Source of the DNA: Candidatus Micrarchaeota archaeon
GTDB lineage: Archaea > Micrarchaeota > Micrarchaeia > Anstonellales > Bilamarchaeaceae
DNA length: 25,339 nt
Direction: 5' to 3'
NCBI GenBank assembly: GCA_037440825.1
Contig: JBBITJ010000007.1
Coordinates: 13,780-39,118 of the forward strand
In this document: positions 1 through 8,644 of the stretch, one piece after another
Position numbering within the stretch: position 1 is the stretch's first letter
How the letters are laid out: every line of letters starts with the position of its first letter
Notes under the pieces: generated by a model
Seen by the model: only the letters and a program-made list of their open reading frames with translations
The model's database searches: none
Told to the model about the DNA's origin: nothing
Made by a program: the position numbers and the translations under genes

Positions 1-2
1 GC

Positions 3-1319
3 GCAAAAGCGGAGCTGGAGAATGCGAAAAAGGAATTGGAAACTATTCTTGCAGGCAGAAGCCCTGCGGATATTCTTGCTGAACGGAAAAAGATTGAGGA
101 GGAGAGCGTGCGCACAGCAGCTTCCTACCAGTCGCTTCTTTCTGAAATCAAAAAACTGGAGGAAGGGATGGCGAAGATGCATCCTGATATGTCCAGATGC
201 CCTCTTTGCAGGAGCAGACTCACCAAAGACGGGATTGCGCACATTCTTGCGGAATACGAAAGCGAGATCGAGGGGAAGAAAGCGGAGGTGAAGGCGCTCC
301 TTGCCCGGAAGGAGAAGAGCGCGAAGATGCTTGCTGATGCCGACGCCCTGCTGAAGAAAACTGATGCGCTTGCGCAGAAGATTAAGGTGCTGGAGAAAGG
401 AGCTGCGCAATACGCGGAAATAGCAGCGAAGCTTCCTCGCATGCAGGCAGAGCTCACGAAGATTGCGGATGCGGCGCAGCAGAGAAGGAAGGGCGTAGAG
501 AAAGCCACGGAGCTCTACCAGCAGGCGGCTTCTGAATGCAATGCGCTGGAGGAGCTGGGCGCGAAGAAAAGGAAGCTCGCGCAGCTCGAGGCTTCGCTGA
601 AGAAGAACGAAGCAGAGATTGCAGCGCTCGGATTCAGCGAACCAGAATACGAGAACGCGAGGAAAACCGCGGAGGAGAGGAAAATAGCCATGAGCAGGCT
701 GGATGCTGAACTGAAATCCGTAGATGCGCAGCTGAGGGACGCGAAGGAGCTTCTGGAATTGGCCAAGTCGGAGATTTCGCAGATGGAAGGCATGGAGAAG
801 GAGATCAGGAACCTGTTCGCGATGGAGGAGGAGCTATCGTTCTACAAGAACGCGCTGCTCGAGACGCAGTCCGCGCTAAGGAAGGAAGTGGTCGAGGCGA
901 TAAACACCGCGATGAACGAAATCTGGGGCATGGTTTATCCCTACGGCGATTACAAGGGGTTGAGGATAGCTGCTGACGAGAAAGGCTATTTCTTCGAAGT
1001 TTATGACGAGGCGTGGAGGCCTGCGGAGCTTGTGAGCGGAGGGGAGCGGGCAAGCATCGCACTCGCGTTCAGGATAGCTTTAGCTACTGTGCTAACCCCG
1101 AACATGAGCGTGCTCGTGCTAGACGAGCCTACCCATAACCTGGACAAGGAAGCAGTAGGGGTGCTCGCGCACGCATTGCAGTACAACCTTCCAGAGCTGG
1201 TGGAGCAGAGTTTCGTGATCACGCACGAGGAAGGGCTCATGGGCTCGGAATTCGCGAGCACGTACAGGATGAGCAGGGACAAGGCAGCCAATGCACCTAC
1301 AGTAGCGGAAGAGATGTAG
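3..1319 (+). CDS. rad50: Rad50/SbcC-family SMC-like ATPase, C-terminal part (5' end outside window)
   Basis: Frame is open from base 3. Contains the zinc-hook CPLC, a long coiled coil, ABC signature VSGGE, Walker B/D-loop LVLDEPTHNLD and H-loop ITHE. Confidence 0.92.
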   Translation, partial: AKAELENAKKELETILAGRSPADILAERKKIEEESVRTAASYQSLLSEIKKLEEGMAKMHPDMSRCPLCRSRLTKDGIAHILAEYESEIEGKKAEVKALLARKEKSAKMLADADALLKKTDALAQKIKVLEKGAAQYAEIAAKLPRMQAELTKIADAAQQRRKGVEKATELYQQAASECNALEELGAKKRKLAQLEASLKKNEAEIAALGFSEPEYENARKTAEERKIAMSRLDAELKSVDAQLRDAKELLELAKSEISQMEGMEKEIRNLFAMEEELSFYKNALLETQSALRKEVVEAINTAMNEIWGMVYPYGDYKGLRIAADEKGYFFEVYDEAWRPAELVSGGERASIALAFRIALATVLTPNMSVLVLDEPTHNLDKEAVGVLAHALQYNLPELVEQSFVITHEEGLMGSEFASTYRMSRDKAANAPTVAEEM

Positions 1320-1352
1320 GATAAGATAAGGCGGATAAAACAAAAGCCAAGG

Positions 1353-2219
1353 CTAGTTGAAGACGTCCTTCTCTATGTGCTCTAGCACCTGGACTTCCTC
1401 CTTGCCTTCCACGCCGTTCTCCTTGACCCATTCCGAATATTCCTTCTTCATCACTCCGAACGAGAGAACTATCCCGTAAACTACGTCCCCTTTTCCTGCA
1501 AGGCCGTCCTTGACCATGACCTTGAGGTTGGCTATGAAGTTGTCCACTTTCCTGGTGGCCCCGACCTTCACGAGTGCAGCGCTGTTGCCGAACACGATCT
1601 TCTTCTTCGCGATTATGATATCCATGAGACTGAAATTCGCGAGCGCGTAGCCCTTCTGGTAGAGCCTGAGCATCTCTTCTATTACAAGGTCGTACAGCTT
1701 CCTCTTCTCGCCTTCCTTCATCCTGGAGAGCGAGAACGTCCGCAGGCCGAGGCGCTGGTCGAGCGCCCATGAATCCGAATCGACTTTTGAAACTGTGTAG
1801 ATGTTGCCCTTCACGGTCTTGAAATACCCTATCACTTCGAGTATGGACGCCTTTATCTTGCCGGTCGTCTTCATGAGCTCTTTTGCGACATCCTCGCTCG
1901 TCTTCCTGATGATATAGGTTGAGTCCGCTATCTGGAAGGAGCCGACTTCCGCGCCGTCGGTTATCTTTATTTTGTGCACGTTGGCGAGGTTGGAGTCGTT
2001 CCTGAACTTGGAGAATTTGATCTTTATGACTTCGCCGCCGAGCATGTCCCAGTCGTACTCAATCATCACACTTCTACCCATCTTCTTGATGATGGTGCGC
2101 AGCGGCACGTCCTTGGTGAATTTCGGCAGCGACTTCTCTTCCTCCTTGCTGAATCTGGGCGCTTTGAGCTCCTGCTGCTGGGCAGGGCTACCTGACGGAT
2201 TGTAGTCGTATTGTGCCAT
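1353..2219 (-). CDS. Hypothetical protein, possible degenerate protein-kinase-like fold
   Basis: 288-aa ORF with genome-typical codon usage, GGTGG upstream of the ATG and TATA-like elements at about 2262-2275. The segment EEMLRLYQKGYALANFSLMDIIIAKKKIVFGNS is spaced like the LHxxGxxHGDLxxxNILI...FIDFG core of RIO/Bud32/Kdo kinases. Confidence 0.75.
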   Translation of the reverse strand: MAQYDYNPSGSPAQQQELKAPRFSKEEEKSLPKFTKDVPLRTIIKKMGRSVMIEYDWDMLGGEVIKIKFSKFRNDSNLANVHKIKITDGAEVGSFQIADSTYIIRKTSEDVAKELMKTTGKIKASILEVIGYFKTVKGNIYTVSKVDSDSWALDQRLGLRTFSLSRMKEGEKRKLYDLVIEEMLRLYQKGYALANFSLMDIIIAKKKIVFGNSAALVKVGATRKVDNFIANLKVMVKDGLAGKGDVVYGIVLSFGVMKKEYSEWVKENGVEGKEEVQVLEHIEKDVFN

Positions 2220-2538
2220 CTAACCCACCAATTTTAAGCAATATGAATTGTGATAAAAAGGGTTTAAATATATATCTTTTACCGCGCGCCCGTCGATTGG
2301 TTGCGGCTATTTAAACTTATTTATACAAAAATATACTTATGGCGACATAAAACCTGCAATGGCCCTGAAGAAAGCCAGTTCGCGATCCTAGGCCAATCGA
2401 TAAAACCAGAATTCAGGACGCATATGTGAGATATAAAAGGAGGAAATGAGCTTCGAGCAGATGCTTGGCGCGTGCGCAATCCCGGCGCAGAAGGGTTCCA
2501 ACTTCCCGCTCAAGCGCGATTAGAAAGGATGGTTGCCA

Positions 2539-4926
2539 TCAATCGAAGAACGCGGCCAGCTTGTTCTGCTTCCCCTTGTTCTTCATCTCGTCCTCGTCGT
2601 AGCCCAGCTCCTTCAGTATCTTCATCACTGCCGGAAGCACCTGGTTGTTTATGTAGTAGTCAGGATCGTAGTCCTTCGCGTGCTCCGCGACCTCCGCCTT
2701 GTCCGAGATGCTCTTCCCGCTCTTTGTTATCACGTACGCTATCACGCTGCCCTTTTCCAAAGGAACGCCGCGGGCCTTCGCTTTCTTCGCAGCAGCAAGC
2801 TCAGGGCTTATTATATCATAGTCTTCAGGGCGCTTAGTGAGCTGGGTGTAGATGGTGAGCTCTTCAAGCGGCACCTTGCCTGACTTGAGCCTCTCCACAG
2901 TTTCCTTAACTATCGCGACCGCCTTCTCCTTGCTTCCTTCCTTCAGTATGGCTTCCAGCACCCTGTACTGCGTATCCTTAGCCACGTTGCTCCAATCACG
3001 CCTCACCAGTTCGAAGCCCCTTATCTTTATGCTCCCATCCTCTGCGAGCATTGCGTATTTCTTCTTCGCCCCCTTTTCCTCCTGTTTCTTGGAGACGAAA
3101 ACCCCGCGCGAGTAGAAATTCTCCAATTCCAATTCCATCTTTTCCGGAAGCTCGCTGTTTATCTTCTCCAGGAATTTAAGCACATCCTCCCTGTTCTTGT
3201 AAAGCAGGAAGATGCTGTCCGTGTCCCCGTAAATGACTTCGAATCCCGCCTTCTCCGCCTTCGCGATAGTTTCCTGGATGTGCATCCTGCCCCAGGCAGT
3301 CACGCTCTCTGCGCATTGCCTGTTGTACCAGCGCGAGCGCGCGTAGCCCAAATAGCCGTAGAAAGAATTCGCGAGGATCTTGAGCGCGTGGCTCCTCGCA
3401 TAGAGCTTCTTGTATATTTCAGTCTCTTTTCCGTGCTTCTTCAGCTCCTTCTTTATCCCTGAGCGCAAATACAGAAGGCGCTCGAGCGTGGAGGGAATCA
3501 GCCCTTTAGGAGATTTGAGGAATTTCGCGCCTGTGGGGGAGGTGAAAACATCATTCTCGCCTCCGTCCTTCGCAAGCTTGGACGGGTCTATGTTGTACGA
3601 GATTATTATGGAAGGATAGAGGCCGCGGAAGTCGAAGACCGCGATATTTTCGTAAATTCCAGGCGCAGGAAGCTTCACGAACGCGCCTTCAATCGGATTC
3701 TTCTGCCTTTCCATCGCCTCGGCCTCGCTGGGCTTTGAGGGGATGATTTCGCCCCTGCGCTGGGATTCCTGCATGAGCAGGGATTCCACGAGCTGGCCGC
3801 TCGTAGCAAGGGATGTATCGAAGAGGGGCATCCGGGTAAGCTTGCTCAATTCCACCAGAAGGGGAAGCACGTGCTCCCCTAATTCAAGGGTCACTTCCGA
3901 ATCTCCAAGAGAGTATTCCGCCAGCTCGTCCAGCATGCCCTTGTCCCACATCTCCCAGATGTTCAGGCGCTTCACCATCTTCTTTTCCTTTCCGGTCACT
4001 TCGGCGTAGATGCGTTCGAGGGTGAATTCCTGAGCCTTTATCAGCCCGATGAAGCCGAAGAACCGTATGGCTGGATAGAGGTCTATGTGCATCCGCCCCC
4101 CGATTTTAGCGCCGCTTATCATCCCTTTCTTTATCTTCCTGAACTCGCTCCTGTCCCTCCCAATTATGAAACGGGTTTTGAGCGCCTCGGCGCGGGCGCG
4201 GAGGTAGGGAAGGTCGAAATTGCTCGAATTGTACCCATAGATGATATCAGGGTCGAACTTCGCCACTTCCGCAGAGAAGTCCGCGATCATGCCCTTCTCC
4301 CCGTCCGAGACGTGGACGAACGGCTTCCGGTTCTCCTTGTATGTGAACACGCCGTTCTTGCCTCCGTCTTCCGCGTAGCTTATCATAACCACAGGGTCTT
4401 TCCGTTCGCGCGGAGCGCCCAGGGGATTGTAGGTCTCTATATCAAAAGCCATCTTTTTCAGTGGAACCTTGGCTTCCAGCCGCTCGTCCTCCCTTATGGA
4501 AATGAATTTCTTTATCTCCCTCCCCTCGCGCTCGTATTCGAGTATTGCAAAAGGGGCGATGTCGAAGTCCAGCATGAACCGTCTTGCATAATGGATGCCG
4601 TGCTCGTAGCACTTGAACGGTATTGCGGCGCGCAGCAGCACCACGTCAGCCGGCTTGTTGCATGTTATCTTCACCAGCTGCTTCTTCTCCCCGCGAAGGG
4701 TCTTTTCCACCAGCTCCGCGCGCTTCACTCTCGCGATTTCGCCGTTCTTGTGCACTGCGAGCTTCGCAAGGTCATTCAGCTTTTCCGCTGCGTCGCAGTA
4801 GAAGTAGGGATCGTATTGGCAAAGCAGCCGGGTCGCCTTCTTCCCTTTCACCAGGAGCCGGGCGTACGTCTTCCCGTTCCTGAAAACGTAGTCTGCGTCC
4901 AGAAATACCGCTTTCTTCCTCTCCAT
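2539..4926 (-). CDS. polB: Family B DNA polymerase with 3'-5' exonuclease and C-terminal PIP box
   Basis: Exo motifs FDIET, YNSSNFDLPY and YSLGD. Polymerase motifs DFRGLYPSII, KILANSFYGY and YGDTDS. C-terminal QNKLAAFF. Start placed at ATG 4926 (MERKKAVFLDADY). Confidence 0.97.
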   Translation of the reverse strand: MERKKAVFLDADYVFRNGKTYARLLVKGKKATRLLCQYDPYFYCDAAEKLNDLAKLAVHKNGEIARVKRAELVEKTLRGEKKQLVKITCNKPADVVLLRAAIPFKCYEHGIHYARRFMLDFDIAPFAILEYEREGREIKKFISIREDERLEAKVPLKKMAFDIETYNPLGAPRERKDPVVMISYAEDGGKNGVFTYKENRKPFVHVSDGEKGMIADFSAEVAKFDPDIIYGYNSSNFDLPYLRARAEALKTRFIIGRDRSEFRKIKKGMISGAKIGGRMHIDLYPAIRFFGFIGLIKAQEFTLERIYAEVTGKEKKMVKRLNIWEMWDKGMLDELAEYSLGDSEVTLELGEHVLPLLVELSKLTRMPLFDTSLATSGQLVESLLMQESQRRGEIIPSKPSEAEAMERQKNPIEGAFVKLPAPGIYENIAVFDFRGLYPSIIISYNIDPSKLAKDGGENDVFTSPTGAKFLKSPKGLIPSTLERLLYLRSGIKKELKKHGKETEIYKKLYARSHALKILANSFYGYLGYARSRWYNRQCAESVTAWGRMHIQETIAKAEKAGFEVIYGDTDSIFLLYKNREDVLKFLEKINSELPEKMELELENFYSRGVFVSKKQEEKGAKKKYAMLAEDGSIKIRGFELVRRDWSNVAKDTQYRVLEAILKEGSKEKAVAIVKETVERLKSGKVPLEELTIYTQLTKRPEDYDIISPELAAAKKAKARGVPLEKGSVIAYVITKSGKSISDKAEVAEHAKDYDPDYYINNQVLPAVMKILKELGYDEDEMKNKGKQNKLAAFFD

Positions 4927-5042
4927 GAGGCATGTTGGGGACTGAAGGTTAAATATTTGACGCATAGCCGGTCCCCCGTAAGGGCTCGAAGATACGTTTT
5001 AAAAGCAAACCAGAGATTTACAGTCAGGACAGGTGTGCACAC

Positions 5043-5858
5043 ATGGCAATGAACCAGTCTATGATTTTCTCTTACGGTGCGATAGGGCTGGCGCTTCTTG
5101 GCGCCATAGGCATGTTCATCAGGCCCGGAGGGTTCTTCGACCTGCTCGCAGGCATAGTCGCAGGAGTGGGCGCGGTGTTCGCGATCCTCTTCTACAAGTA
5201 CGGATACATATTCGTACCGCTCATCACCCAGCAGACGCGCATAGTGGTGGTGACTGACACGGGCTACGAAATACCATCCACGCAGGACGTCATCCTCAAG
5301 AAGGGCGACAGCGGGCTCTACTACGCCTCCATGTTCCTCGGAATAAGGATATACGAAAGCGCATCCGAGAAAACGCAGGAGCAGAACATCGCATACAACG
5401 AGTTCTTCGAGCGCGCGATTTCCAACCTCAAATTCGTCACCAAGATTTCCTATCTGCTCTACGTCGAGGACGTCACGGAGAAGAGGAAGGTGATCGAGGC
5501 CAGGAAAGCCGAGGCCCAGCTCAGGCTCGCCAGGGAAAAGGAAAAACCTGACCCGGACGTGCTCAAGATCGACAGGCAGGAGCGCGCAGTTGCCAAGTGG
5601 GAGGCTGAGCTCCAGAAAATCATCAAGGGCGTGAAGCCCATGGGCGCAGTGGCCTACGCGATGACCACCGGAACAGGGATTACGAAGGAGGCCGCGATAG
5701 CGACTGTGAGAAACCAGGCGAACGAGCTCAAGGCAGTGCTCACAAACGCGCTCAACATAGAGATAGACGTGCTTACTGCCGACGAGATGCTCAAGACGTT
5801 CGAATGGGAGAAGATGATACCCTCGACCGCGCAGGAGCTCGAGGAGGCGGTGAGCTGA
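5043..5858 (+). CDS. Membrane protein (2 N-terminal TM helices plus soluble domain), possibly VirB3/VirB4-N-terminal-like; gene 1 of operon
   Basis: Two hydrophobic helices in the first ~55 aa, then an alpha/beta domain with a coiled-coil insert. AGGTG upstream. Its stop overlaps the next start (TGATG). Confidence 0.8.
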   Translation: MAMNQSMIFSYGAIGLALLGAIGMFIRPGGFFDLLAGIVAGVGAVFAILFYKYGYIFVPLITQQTRIVVVTDTGYEIPSTQDVILKKGDSGLYYASMFLGIRIYESASEKTQEQNIAYNEFFERAISNLKFVTKISYLLYVEDVTEKRKVIEARKAEAQLRLAREKEKPDPDVLKIDRQERAVAKWEAELQKIIKGVKPMGAVAYAMTTGTGITKEAAIATVRNQANELKAVLTNALNIEIDVLTADEMLKTFEWEKMIPSTAQELEEAVS

Positions 5859-7435
5859 TGGGCAAGCTCACCCTTTCCAAGGTCCCCAACACGGAGATAT
5901 CCAGGAGGAACATCCTCGTCCATCCTCCTGAGCCGCCCATGCACGTGCTCTTCGGAGACCCGGGGGACAGCATATTCATAGGCAGGACAAAGATATTCCA
6001 CGTGCCGTTCTACTGGACCTACCAGCACGTCACCAACCCGCACATATGCATAGTCGGGATCACGGGAAGCGGAAAATCGTATTTCGTCAAGACGTTCCTC
6101 ATGCGCGCGAGCTTCGTGTGGGACACCAACGCGCTCATAGTGGACTGGGCAGGGGAATACAAGGACTGGGTCAAGCAGACCGGAGGCAAGATAATCTCGC
6201 TCGGAAAAGGCTCGTACATCAACCTCCTCGATCTGGGAGGGATGAAGCCCTACGACCGCATAAAGCAGATCATGAGGACGCTGGAGCTGCTCACGGACAT
6301 AGGCCAGTACCCTGAGCAGAAGCGCCTCACCGAGACTGCGATAGAAAAGGCGTACATAAAGAACAAGTTCAAGATGGACTCCACGGAACAGACCGACGAG
6401 ATAGGCAAGCACCTCGTAGCCCCCACGCTCAAGGACGTGGTCAAGCTGCTCGAAGAGCAAGCAAAGCTCGGAACCTACGAGTTCCCAGCAGAGCTCGAGA
6501 ACTCCATATACAGGCTCAAGCAGTTCACCAAGCCCGGCGAGGACTTCTTCGCCCAGCAGAGCACGGTGAGCCTAGACGAGATCACGAATGCGGGCCTCGT
6601 GGACCTGGACCTGTCCGGGCTTCCTGACGAGACGTTCCGTGCGCTCGGCGCCCTTTCCATCCTCCAGTTCCTGAAGGAGAAGATGAGGTCCAGCGGATGG
6701 GCCAAGACCAAGGGAATCAGGCTCCTCATCGTGCTGGACGAGGCGTGGAAGATAGGAAAGGAAGACAACAGCGACGCGGTCATGATAGTGAGGGAGGGAA
6801 GGAAGTACAACTTCGGGCTCATAGTCGCGAGCCAGAATCCTACGGACATCAGCGAAGCGATATTCTCGAACGTCGGCACGACGTTCATACTGAAGGTGAA
6901 GTTCGACAAGTTCCTGGACTACCTCCAGGCAACGCTCAACTTCAGTAACTACATGCGCTCCGAAATATCCAAGTTCGGCGTTGGGGAAGCGGCTGTCAAC
7001 ATGGCTTTCCACACTGCGGCCCAATACCCGAACACGTTCATACTCGAGAAGATAGAGGGCGAGGAGCCCATAAAGGAGATATTCCTTGACATAGACAAGG
7101 TGCTGAGCGAAGCCCAAAAGAGGGATGTCAACATGCCGAAGAGTATTTCATTCCAGAAGGACGACTTGAAGAAGAAGCTCAGGCAGTACGGTCTGGGCGA
7201 GGACAGGATAGAGGAGATTTCCAAGCTCTTCGACAAGAAGAACAGGCACCTGGACGTGATATCGTTCGTGATACTGCTCGAACGGTACGGGATTGCGCGC
7301 AACAACATCGCGACGTTCCTGAAGGATATAAACATAGACGACAGCACGATAATCAACATATTCACCAAGGCGGACTACAAGAAGGAGGATATAGGAAGCA
7401 AGGATGTGACCCAGGTCATCCTGGAGGAGGATTAG
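5858..7435 (+). CDS. VirB4/CedB/HerA-FtsK superfamily (DUF87-type) P-loop ATPase; gene 2 of operon
   Basis: NPHICIVGITGSGKS (Walker A), IVDWAGEY, IVLDEAW (Walker B) and REGRKYNFGLIVASQ (Arg finger/sensor). No N-terminal HAS barrel. Start at ATG 5858 by TGATG coupling. Confidence 0.92.
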   Translation: MGKLTLSKVPNTEISRRNILVHPPEPPMHVLFGDPGDSIFIGRTKIFHVPFYWTYQHVTNPHICIVGITGSGKSYFVKTFLMRASFVWDTNALIVDWAGEYKDWVKQTGGKIISLGKGSYINLLDLGGMKPYDRIKQIMRTLELLTDIGQYPEQKRLTETAIEKAYIKNKFKMDSTEQTDEIGKHLVAPTLKDVVKLLEEQAKLGTYEFPAELENSIYRLKQFTKPGEDFFAQQSTVSLDEITNAGLVDLDLSGLPDETFRALGALSILQFLKEKMRSSGWAKTKGIRLLIVLDEAWKIGKEDNSDAVMIVREGRKYNFGLIVASQNPTDISEAIFSNVGTTFILKVKFDKFLDYLQATLNFSNYMRSEISKFGVGEAAVNMAFHTAAQYPNTFILEKIEGEEPIKEIFLDIDKVLSEAQKRDVNMPKSISFQKDDLKKKLRQYGLGEDRIEEISKLFDKKNRHLDVISFVILLERYGIARNNIATFLKDINIDDSTIINIFTKADYKKEDIGSKDVTQVILEED

Positions 7436-7436
7436 C

Positions 7437-7886
7437 ATGGCGAAAATATGCATAATCTGCGAGAAGGAGCCCCAAGGCAGGGCTTACCGCGTGAAGGACG
7501 ACGCGGTGATAAAGGCGATCCGCGCCCTGAAGCAGAAGCTCGGCGTGGCGAAGAACAACGAGCTCTACGTTGACGACGCCTGCCTCCCTACTTACAGGGA
7601 GAAGAGGAAGGGGTTCGAGCGGAACCTCGCGTTCTATTCCGCCATAGCGGTGATAGTGTTCGTGGCTGTGAACGCGCTCCCGCTATTCTACGGAAGGTTC
7701 AGCGTCAGCACGTTCATAGCCTCCGTGTTCCTGTCCGCGATAATAGTCGGGCTGGCGGTGGTTAACTACTCTGCTCCGCCTATAGAGGAGCCGGGTTCCC
7801 AGCCCGCGGCTCAGGGCTCCGAGGCCACAACCAAGCACGAAACCCGGCGCGCGAAACCAGCGAAGGGGAAGCGCGGCAAGAAATGA
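7437..7886 (+). CDS. Small membrane protein with N-terminal CxxC (Zn-finger-like) and 2 TM helices; gene 3 of operon
   Basis: CIICE...VDDAC, two hydrophobic helices and a basic tail. Starts 1 nt after the ATPase stop with GGAGG upstream. Confidence 0.8.
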   Translation: MAKICIICEKEPQGRAYRVKDDAVIKAIRALKQKLGVAKNNELYVDDACLPTYREKRKGFERNLAFYSAIAVIVFVAVNALPLFYGRFSVSTFIASVFLSAIIVGLAVVNYSAPPIEEPGSQPAAQGSEATTKHETRRAKPAKGKRGKK

Positions 7887-7898
7887 CGGCGATTTCTT

Positions 7899-8630
7899 AT
7901 GGCTGACCAGAAAAAAGCGCTCGAAGTCCCGAAGGTGGACGGATTCAAGATATACGCCAAGCTCAAGGGCGGCGTGAAGGACGTGGAGTACAAGCTGCGT
8001 CCGATCTCGTTCCTCGAGATAGTGCCAGAGAAGGACTGCGTGAACGCCGCGTACATAGAAAGCAGGGATATAGACAAGAACCCGTACATATTCGCGCTGT
8101 TCAAGTTCAAGGCGGATTCCATAGAGGTGCTCTACACCATCCCGCCGAACATAGCGCCCAAGAAGAGGAAATTCGACATGGTAAGGTATTTCCTCAACCT
8201 GCTCACCTCTCTCAGCACGATCTATGTGGTGGATCCTGCGGCGATATACCAGCTGCTGGACGCTGCCATGAAGGAGATGACTGATTACGTGAGCCTGGAC
8301 TACAACAGGCTCTACACGGCGTACGACCACATAAAGAAGGACTACGAGGACATGCAGAGGAGGCTCAAGCGCATGCAGCAGGAGATCGAGGTCATGAACC
8401 GCGAGACGTACGAGATAAAGACGAAGAACGACGAGCTGGCTGCGCGGCTGAAGCAACTGGAAGTGATGAGCGACGACGCGCTGAAGGAGAAGGTGCAGGA
8501 GTGGCTCTTCGAGCATTCCGGCGAGATAAACATAGGCGAATTCTCCAAGGTTTACAGCATACCGGAGCAGAGAGTGGAAGAGATACTGAACGCCCTGATG
8601 AAGGAAGGGTACATACAATCCCTCCAGTGA
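7899..8630 (+). CDS. Soluble protein: alpha/beta domain, coiled coil and C-terminal winged helix; gene 4 of operon
   Basis: Heptad-rich stretch YDHIKKDYEDMQRRLKRMQQEIE...LKQLE, then a wHTH-like end GEINIGEFSKVYSIPEQRVEEILNALMKEGYI. Gap to the previous gene is 12 nt. Confidence 0.82.
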   Translation: MADQKKALEVPKVDGFKIYAKLKGGVKDVEYKLRPISFLEIVPEKDCVNAAYIESRDIDKNPYIFALFKFKADSIEVLYTIPPNIAPKKRKFDMVRYFLNLLTSLSTIYVVDPAAIYQLLDAAMKEMTDYVSLDYNRLYTAYDHIKKDYEDMQRRLKRMQQEIEVMNRETYEIKTKNDELAARLKQLEVMSDDALKEKVQEWLFEHSGEINIGEFSKVYSIPEQRVEEILNALMKEGYIQSLQ

Positions 8631-8644
8631 GCGAGTGAGCACCG

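Noticed and set aside
2220..2445. Replication origin in the AT-rich gap near polB
   Set aside because: No ORB-like repeats were recognised and there is no cdc6/orc1 in the window. Promoter elements explain the AT content.
5858..7435. Calling the ATPase herA of a HerA-NurA-Mre11-Rad50 repair operon because rad50 is nearby
   Set aside because: It has no HAS barrel and no adjacent nurA, it is separated from rad50 by two opposite-strand genes, and it is coupled to membrane proteins instead.
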